A DNA stretch of 64,000 nucleotides from an uncultured Methylomirabilota bacterium (GTDB lineage: Bacteria > Methylomirabilota > Methylomirabilia > Methylomirabilales > 2-02-FULL-66-22), in the NCBI GenBank assembly GCA_963845565.1, contig CAWJSJ010000005.1, positions 64,001 to 128,000 of the forward strand, read 5' to 3'. Shown here piece by piece: positions 52,828 through 64,000 of this stretch. The translations under genes and the position numbers were made by a program. The notes beneath the pieces are model-generated. The model ran no database searches. It had not been told where the DNA came from and saw nothing but the letters and a program-made list of their open reading frames with translations. Position 1 is the stretch's first letter. Every line of letters starts with the position of its first letter.

Positions 52828-54408
52828 ATGGCAAAACACGCTCCCCACGCCCGTCAGGACGAGCCTGCCGATCGACCGGGCCACCGGTCCGCGCGGCACC
52901 CGTGGCTGCTGTACGCGGTCGTCTTCGTGTGCGGGGCCGTCTTGATGTCCCTCGAGATGATCGGCAGCCGAATGCTCGCTCCGTACTTCGGTAACTCCAT
53001 CTTCGTGTGGGGAAGTCTGATCAGTGTCGTGCTGGCTGCGCTGAGCCTGGGATACTGGCTGGGCGGGATCGCGGCGGACCGTTGGCCGCGCTTCTCGGTG
53101 CTGGCAACGCTGATCGCCATTCCCGGTGTCATCATCGCGCTGCTGCCGTTCGTCTATCCGGGACTGAACCGCGGCATCGCGGATGGCAACATGGGCGCGC
53201 GCCTGGGGCCCCTCGTGTCGTGCCTCATCCTGTTCCTGGTTCCCAGCGTGTTCCTGGGAACGATCTCGCCCTTTGCCGTGCGGCTGCAGGCGCGGGCCGT
53301 CGCCTCGGTGGGCTCCACGGCGGGCGGCCTGTATGCGGTTTCCACGGCGGGGAGCATCGTGGGGACACTGCTGACAACGTTCTATCTCATCGCGGTCGCT
53401 GGCGTGGCGAGCATCGTCCACGGTCTGGGCCTGACTCTTCTGTTGGTGGCGGCGGGGATTTTCCTGGGCGGCCGGCGGGTGACCCAGGCGGGGATCACCG
53501 TGCTCTGCGCGGCCCTCCTGCTGACGGCGATGATCTGGCACACGCGGACCCAGGCGGCCGAGGCGGGGCTGATCCTCCAACAGGACTCATTCTACAACCA
53601 CATCAAGTTGGCGGAGGACGGGACGCAGCGCTACATGGACTTCGAGAACCTGCGCCAGAGCGCCATGCTGCTCAAGGATCCCTGGGAGCTGCGCTTGCGG
53701 TACACACGCTTCCTCTCCCTGGCGATGACGCTCGTCCCCGAGCCGAAGCGCGTCCTGGTGCTCGGCCTAGGCGGCGGATCGTTTCCCAAGAAGCTCCACC
53801 GGGACTTCCCGAATGTGATCGTGGATGTGGTGGATATCGACCCGGAAGTCATCGCCATCGCCAAGCGGTATTTCCAGGTGCCGGAGGATGACCGCCTGCA
53901 CCTGTTCGCCATGGATGCCCGTCGCTTTATTCAGGAGACGAAGGCGACGTATGACGTGATCTTCCTGGACGCGTACAACTCCGACACCATCCCGTTCCAC
54001 CTGACGACCCGTGAGTTCTACGCGGAGATTCAATCGCGGCTGGCGCCTGGCGGGGTGGTGGTTTCGAACATCATCGGCACGCTGCGGGGGCCGCAGAGCG
54101 CCTTCTTTCGGACCATGTACCGGACACTCGCCGAGTCCTTTGCCACGGTGTACACAGTTCCCACCTACGATCAGAGCGCGGGGTGGATCCTGGGGGACAT
54201 CAATATCATCCTATTCGCCACGCAGGACCCGACACGGTTGACCCGCGGCGAGCTGGTGGCGCGGGCGGGCCGGGTGGGCGGCAAGCTGGTCCCGGCCTCT
54301 GATCTGGCCGAATACGCGGCGCACCTGCTCGAGGTACCGATCGAAACCAAGGATGTCCCCGTCCTCACCGACGACTTCGCCCCGGTGGAGATCCTACGCG
54401 CCCTCTAG
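52828..54408 (+). CDS. fused membrane (MFS-like) / spermidine synthase-like methyltransferase
   Basis: N-terminal TMs (LEMIGSRMLAPYFG, STAGSIVGT); VLVLGLGGGS, VDIDPEV, YDVIFLDAY, PFHLTTREF, LTDDFAP. Confidence 0.88.
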   Translation: MAKHAPHARQDEPADRPGHRSARHPWLLYAVVFVCGAVLMSLEMIGSRMLAPYFGNSIFVWGSLISVVLAALSLGYWLGGIAADRWPRFSVLATLIAIPGVIIALLPFVYPGLNRGIADGNMGARLGPLVSCLILFLVPSVFLGTISPFAVRLQARAVASVGSTAGGLYAVSTAGSIVGTLLTTFYLIAVAGVASIVHGLGLTLLLVAAGIFLGGRRVTQAGITVLCAALLLTAMIWHTRTQAAEAGLILQQDSFYNHIKLAEDGTQRYMDFENLRQSAMLLKDPWELRLRYTRFLSLAMTLVPEPKRVLVLGLGGGSFPKKLHRDFPNVIVDVVDIDPEVIAIAKRYFQVPEDDRLHLFAMDARRFIQETKATYDVIFLDAYNSDTIPFHLTTREFYAEIQSRLAPGGVVVSNIIGTLRGPQSAFFRTMYRTLAESFATVYTVPTYDQSAGWILGDINIILFATQDPTRLTRGELVARAGRVGGKLVPASDLAEYAAHLLEVPIETKDVPVLTDDFAPVEILRAL

Positions 54409-54420
54409 CACAGAAAGCCA

Positions 54421-55710
<1,290 letters not shown>

Positions 55711-55796
55711 CGGCCGGATACCCAGTCGCCGCGTCCAAGGACGATCATCATACCGGAACAACAGACAGAGGGTACGGCTCGGTCTGGAGGTGCGCC

Positions 55797-56729
55797 ATGG
55801 GGCTCAAGAGCAAGGACCTGTTGGGTATTCGGGAGCTCTCCGTCGAGGAGATCCGCCTCGTCCTGGACACGGCGGCCTCGATGAAGGAGATCGCCTCCCG
55901 CGACATCAAGAAGGTGCCGGCGCTGCGCGGCAAGACGGTGATCAATTTATTCTACGAGCCCAGCACGCGCACCCGGACCTCCTTCGAGATCGCGGGCAAA
56001 TGGCTGAGCGCCGACGTCATCAATATCTCGACCTCGGCGAGCAGCGTGGTGAAAGGGGAGAGCCTGAAAGACACCGGCCTCACCCTGCAGGCCATGCACC
56101 CGGATGTGGTGGTGATCCGGCACGCGGTGCCCGGGGCGCCGCACCTTCTGGCGCGGTGGCTCAAGGCCTCCATCATCAACGCAGGGGACGGCGCGCATGA
56201 ACACCCCACGCAGGCCCTGCTGGACCTGTTCACGATCCGAGAGCGGCGGCCGACGCTCGACGGGTTGCGGGTTGCCATCGTCGGGGACATCTTGCACAGC
56301 CGGGTGGCGCGCTCCAACATTTTCGCGATGCAGAAGATGGGGATGCAGGTCCGGGTCTGCGGGCCGCCTACGCTCCTGCCACGGTACGTCGAGAGCCTGG
56401 GGGTGGAGAAGTCCCTGCGGGTCGAGCAGGCCATCGCCGATGCCGACGTCATCATGATGCTCCGCATTCAGCGCGAGCGGATGGGGGCAGGTCTGTTCCC
56501 CACGTTGCGGGAGTACTCCAAGCTCTTCGGGCTCAACGCGGACCGGCTCAAGATGGCCCGGCCGGACGTCCTGATCATGCACCCCGGCCCGATCAATCGC
56601 GGGGTGGAGATTGCACCCGAGGTGGCCGACGGGCCGTACTCGATGATTCTGGACCAGGTGGAGAACGGCCTGGCGATCCGCATGGCGCTCTTGTACCTGC
56701 TGGCGGGCGGGCAGGCGGGCGGCAACTAG
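55797..56729 (+). CDS. pyrB: aspartate carbamoyltransferase
   Basis: [41 protein letters not shown]. Confidence 0.98.
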   Translation: MGLKSKDLLGIRELSVEEIRLVLDTAASMKEIASRDIKKVPALRGKTVINLFYEPSTRTRTSFEIAGKWLSADVINISTSASSVVKGESLKDTGLTLQAMHPDVVVIRHAVPGAPHLLARWLKASIINAGDGAHEHPTQALLDLFTIRERRPTLDGLRVAIVGDILHSRVARSNIFAMQKMGMQVRVCGPPTLLPRYVESLGVEKSLRVEQAIADADVIMMLRIQRERMGAGLFPTLREYSKLFGLNADRLKMARPDVLIMHPGPINRGVEIAPEVADGPYSMILDQVENGLAIRMALLYLLAGGQAGGN

Positions 56730-56828
56730 GCCGTTGTTAAAGAATAACTTGCGCGGAGAAGTTTCGGGAACGGCATAAGGAGCCGTAACGAAATATCAAC
56801 ATGCGGATGGTTATTTCGTAACGGCTCC
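56730..56828. mobile_element. MITE-like repeat family A, copy 3
   Basis: TAG-GCCGTTGTTAAAGAATA...AACGGCA-TAA-GGAGCCGTAACGAAATA...TATTTCGTAACGGCTCC-TAA. Confidence 0.85.
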
Positions 56829-56901
56829 TAAGGCCGGACGAGGTTCGCGGTCCGCCGCCGCGTGCGTGGACCCCGAACCCGGACCGTCGAACGGAGAGAC
56901 T

Positions 56902-58191
56902 ATGAGAATCCTGATCGCAGGCGGGCGTGTGATCGATCCGGCGAACCGACGGGATGCGGTGTTGAACCTGTTGATCGAGGACGGGCGGATCGCCGAGGTC
57001 GCGAGTCCCGGAGTGCAGCCCGCCCCGTCGGCGGATCGGGTCCTCGACGCCCGCGGCAAGGTGGTCTGTCCCGGTTTCGTGGACCTGCACGTCCACCTGC
57101 GGGAACCGGGCCGGGAAGACATGGAGACGATCGCGACGGGCACGCGAGCGGCGGCTCGCGGGGGGTTCACGTCGGTCTGCTGTATGGCCAACACGGCACC
57201 GGTCAACGACAACCAGTCGGTCACAGATTTCATCATCGACCGGGCGCGGCGGGATGGCGCCGCCCACGTCTTCCCCATCGGGGCCATCACGAAAGGGCAG
57301 CGCGGCGAAGAACTGGCGGAGATCGGCGAATTGATCGGTGCCGGCTGCGTCGCCATCTCCGATGACGGCCATCCCGTCATGAACGCGGAGCTGATGCGGC
57401 GGGCGCTGGAATACTCCACACTCTTCCGCGTCCCGGTCATCCAGCACGCCGAGGACGCGCACCTGACGGGCAAGGGGGTCATGCACGAGGGGCGGGTCAG
57501 CACCGAGCTGGGCTTCAAGGGGATACCCGCCGCCTCGGAGTCGGTCATCGTGGCGCGTGATCTGCTGCTGGCGGAGCTGACCGGCGGTCACTATCACGTG
57601 GCGCACGTCAGCACCGCCGAGGCGGTGCAGCTCGTCCGCGAGGCGAAGCGAAAGGGGCACGCCGTGACGTGCGAGGTCGCCCCACACCACTTCGCGCTGA
57701 GCGACGAGGCCGTCAAGACCTTCGACACCAACACCAAGATGAGCCCACCGCTCCGCTCCGCGCGCCACGTGGAGGCGGTGAAGGCCGGACTGGCCGACGG
57801 GACGATCGACGCGATCGCCACCGACCACGCGCCGCATACCGTCCAGGACAAGGAGGTGGAGTTCGACTACGCCGCCAACGGTGTCATCGGGCTGGAAACG
57901 GCCTTCGGCCTCACCGTGTCGGTCCTGGTGGAGGGCGGGGTGTTGAGCCTGGATCAAGCGATCGCCCGCCTCACCGCGGACCCGGCCCGGATCTTCGGGC
58001 TGGCCAAGGGGACGCTGTCCGTGGGGGCGGATGCCGACGTGGCCATCGTGGACCCGGCGCGGGAGTGGGTCGTGGATATCGCCCACTCGGCCTCCAAGAG
58101 CCGGAACTCGCCCTTCCATGGGTGGAAGCTGCGGGGGCAGGTCCTGGCCACGATCATGAGCGGGAGGATTGTGTGGGAGCTCCAGGCCTAA
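56902..58191 (+). CDS. pyrC: dihydroorotase
   Basis: [43 protein letters not shown]. Confidence 0.96.
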   Translation: MRILIAGGRVIDPANRRDAVLNLLIEDGRIAEVASPGVQPAPSADRVLDARGKVVCPGFVDLHVHLREPGREDMETIATGTRAAARGGFTSVCCMANTAPVNDNQSVTDFIIDRARRDGAAHVFPIGAITKGQRGEELAEIGELIGAGCVAISDDGHPVMNAELMRRALEYSTLFRVPVIQHAEDAHLTGKGVMHEGRVSTELGFKGIPAASESVIVARDLLLAELTGGHYHVAHVSTAEAVQLVREAKRKGHAVTCEVAPHHFALSDEAVKTFDTNTKMSPPLRSARHVEAVKAGLADGTIDAIATDHAPHTVQDKEVEFDYAANGVIGLETAFGLTVSVLVEGGVLSLDQAIARLTADPARIFGLAKGTLSVGADADVAIVDPAREWVVDIAHSASKSRNSPFHGWKLRGQVLATIMSGRIVWELQA

Positions 58192-58216
58192 GCCGGAGGG
58201 GTGTGAGGATACGCGC

Positions 58217-59473
58217 ATGAAACCAGCGGTGTTGGCCCTGGCCGACGGGACCGTGTTCGAGGGATGGGCCTACGGGGCCGAGGGCGAGGCGATCGGCGAG
58301 GTGGTCTTCAACACCTCGATGAGCGGTTATCAGGAGATCCTGACCGATCCGTCCTACAAGGGGCAGATCGTGACCATGACCTATCCCCTGATCGGAAACA
58401 CCGGGGTGAACCCCCAGGATGTGGAGGCCCGGCGCCCCTTCGTCGAGGGGTTCGTCGTCAAGGAGGGCAGCGTCATCGCCAGCAACTGGCGGGCGACGCA
58501 GTCTCTGGAAGAGTATTTGCGGGAGCGCGGCATCGTCGGGATCCAGGGTATCGATACCCGGGCCCTCACCCGGCACATCCGGGATCATGGCGCGCAGGAA
58601 GGGATCATCTCGACCACCGACTGCGAGCCGAATAGCCTGGTTGCCAAGGCCAAGGCCTCTCCCGGCCTGATCGGCCGCGACCTGGTCAGGGAAGTTTCCT
58701 GCGACGCACCATTCGTCTGGACGCAGAGCGTCTGGGAATGGCCTCGCGGATACGGTGACGGCCAAGCCGCGAACCGCGAACCGCGAGCCGCGACGGACCA
58801 ATTGCCCTTGTTCGGCGCGTCGACACCGGCGCGCACCGCTCGACACGCGCCGGCCGGCGCTCGACGGTACAGGGTCGTGGCCTACGATTGCGGCATCAAG
58901 TGGAACATTCTGCGGCAGCTCGTCGGGCACGGGTGCGAGGTGACCGTGGTTTCCGCCGCGACTCCGGCTGCAGAGGTGTTACGGCTCGCCCCGGATGGAA
59001 TCTTCTTGTCGAACGGCCCTGGCGACCCCGAGGGGGTGCCATACCTGATCGCCGCGGTGCGGGAGCTCCTGGGAAAGCGACCGATCTTCGGGATCTGCCT
59101 GGGGCACCAGATCATCGGGCTTGCGCTGGGTGGACGGACGTACAAGCTGAAGTTCGGCCACCACGGGGGAAACCAACCGGTCAAGGATCTGACGACGGGC
59201 CGGGTGGAGATCACCGCCCAGAACCACGGCTTCGCCGTGGACATGCAGTCCTTCCAGGGCGCCTCCCGGGATGCCATGCACGGCGGACCCGAGGACATCG
59301 TCCTCACTCACGTGAACCTGAACGACCACACCTGCGAAGGCTTGATGCACCGGCGCCTGCCGCTCTTCTCGGTGCAGTACCACCCCGAGGCCTCACCCGG
59401 TCCGCACGACGCCGGTTACCTTTTTGGCCGGTTCGTGGAGCTGATGGGAGGGGAGCGGCAGCCGGCCGGATGA
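58217..59473 (+). CDS. carA: carbamoyl-phosphate synthase small subunit
   Basis: [33 protein letters not shown]. Confidence 0.97.
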   Translation: MKPAVLALADGTVFEGWAYGAEGEAIGEVVFNTSMSGYQEILTDPSYKGQIVTMTYPLIGNTGVNPQDVEARRPFVEGFVVKEGSVIASNWRATQSLEEYLRERGIVGIQGIDTRALTRHIRDHGAQEGIISTTDCEPNSLVAKAKASPGLIGRDLVREVSCDAPFVWTQSVWEWPRGYGDGQAANREPRAATDQLPLFGASTPARTARHAPAGARRYRVVAYDCGIKWNILRQLVGHGCEVTVVSAATPAAEVLRLAPDGIFLSNGPGDPEGVPYLIAAVRELLGKRPIFGICLGHQIIGLALGGRTYKLKFGHHGGNQPVKDLTTGRVEITAQNHGFAVDMQSFQGASRDAMHGGPEDIVLTHVNLNDHTCEGLMHRRLPLFSVQYHPEASPGPHDAGYLFGRFVELMGGERQPAG

Positions 59474-59540
59474 CCGGCCGGCGAGCTGGCCGCGATTTCC
59501 ACGGAAGGACGAACGATGGGTTCACCCAACGAGGTGCCGT

Positions 59541-62789
<3,249 letters not shown>

Positions 62790-62790
62790 G

Positions 62791-63613
62791 GTGCCCGTGC
62801 ACGCCCAGATCGCCTTCAATCGCCCGGTGTCATCGACCTATCGTCACCTCGGTGTCGCGGCGCCCGGCTTTTCCCGCGCGCTGTCGCCCGGCCAGTTCGT
62901 CATGGTGCGACCCCCGCTCGTCGTGGACCCCCTCTTGCCGCGGGCGTTCTCGATCTACCGGATCTCACAGGGGGAGGAGGGCGCCCCAATTGTAGAGATC
63001 CTCTACAAGGTATTAGGGAAAGGGACTCAGTACCTGGCGCAGATGGACCCGGGGCAGGCGGTGGAGATCCTGGGGCCGCTCGGCAACAGGTTCACCGTGC
63101 CGGAGACGGTCGAGACGGCCGTCCTGGTAGCGGGGGGGATCGGTGTCCCGCCGATCGCCGCCCTGGCAATGGAGATCGTGAAGGGCCAGAGGCGACTGGA
63201 AGTCTTTCTGGGGGGCAAGACCGCGGACGACATTCTCTGTGCGGAGGATTTCGAGGGGGTGGGCGCAACCCTCCACATCACCACCGAGGACGGCAGCAAG
63301 GGAACCCGCGGTGTGATCACGGACCTCCTCGATCTCGTGTCGCTGCTCGGCAATTGGCAATCAGGAGACTCTCGGCTCTCGCCATCTCCACATCTTCACC
63401 TGCGGCCCTCCGGGAATGCTGGCGGCTGTGTCGCGCGTGGCCGAGGGGCGAGGCGTCCCGTGCCAGACCTCGGTCGAGGCCAACATGGCCTGCGGTTTTG
63501 GCGCGTGCATGGGTTGTGCAATCGAGGTGCGGTCGAGTGGCCCCGGGCCGGCCTACAAACTGGTGTGCAAGGACGGGCCGGTCTTCGATTCGCGGGATTT
63601 GGTGTGGCGATGA
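62791..63613 (+). pseudogene. pyrK: dihydroorotate dehydrogenase electron transfer subunit, +1 frameshift between about 63316 and 63390
   Basis: [25 protein letters not shown] in frame 1; FTCGPPGM and [11 protein letters not shown]...VCKDGPVF in frame 2. Confidence 0.85.
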
Positions 63614-64000
63614 AAGAGCCGAGAGCCGAGAGGGTCGAGCCGCGAGCCGCGAGCCGCGAGTCAAGCGGTGAACGGGAGCAGGGCAAGCAGGCAATGGGGC
63701 GATCGGGCGACTCGGGGGAGCCCAGCTGCCGAGCCGCCCAGCAGGCCAGCAGCCCAGCTGGTGGCCCTGTTGGCCTTTCGGTGGAGTTTGCGGGCATCCG
63801 CATGCAGAACCCGGTACTCACGGCTTCGGGGACGTTCGGCTACGCTCAGGAATTCGAGCAATACCTGGACCTGAACCGGCTCGGCGCGCTGGTCGTGAAG
63901 ACCATCACGCGCCTTCCTCGCGCCGGGAATCCCGCGCCGCGGATCGTCGAGACCCCGGCCGGCATGCTGAACGCCATCGGCCTCCAAAACGTCGGGGTCG
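63610..64000 (+). CDS. pyrD: dihydroorotate dehydrogenase catalytic subunit (3'-partial)
   Basis: [40 protein letters not shown] overlap with pyrK; repeat-derived N-terminal extension, start uncertain. Confidence 0.9.
   Translation, partial: MKEPRAERVEPRAASRESSGEREQGKQAMGRSGDSGEPSCRAAQQASSPAGGPVGLSVEFAGIRMQNPVLTASGTFGYAQEFEQYLDLNRLGALVVKTITRLPRAGNPAPRIVETPAGMLNAIGLQNVGV

Overview
High-GC bacterial chromosomal window. The gene and repeat style suggests an NC10/Methylomirabilota-Rokubacteria-like lineage (inference only). Most of it is core housekeeping: purA-hisZ-serA-aminotransferase, ileS-lspA-rluD, uvrB, ppx, rqcH/NFACT, a TPP-riboswitch nudix-thiS-thiG-thiE operon, ltaE, HU, rarA, pyrE-pyrF, and a PyrR-attenuated pyrR-B-C-carA-carB-pyrK-pyrD operon. 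It also holds an ABC-transporter/sugar catabolic cluster (0.7-9.2 kb) and an accessory c-di-GMP/PilZ-rich region (about 11-20 kb) abutting the 3' end of tRNA-Lys(UUU). The most unusual layer is non-coding. (i) A GxxExxY (PD-(D/E)XK-like) gene is bracketed by a 26-bp terminal inverted repeat built from tandem 9-mers. (ii) At least seven gene-less sites have the same architecture (inverted arms made of tandem 7/8-mers, mostly with different units), and related arrays have been absorbed in-frame into core proteins. (iii) There are two MITE families, one of which sits at stop codons and has an empty-site control in the window. (iv) A duplicated 66-nt element shows a compensatory base-pair change. 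Five genes carry +1 single-base insertions, which may be read/assembly errors.
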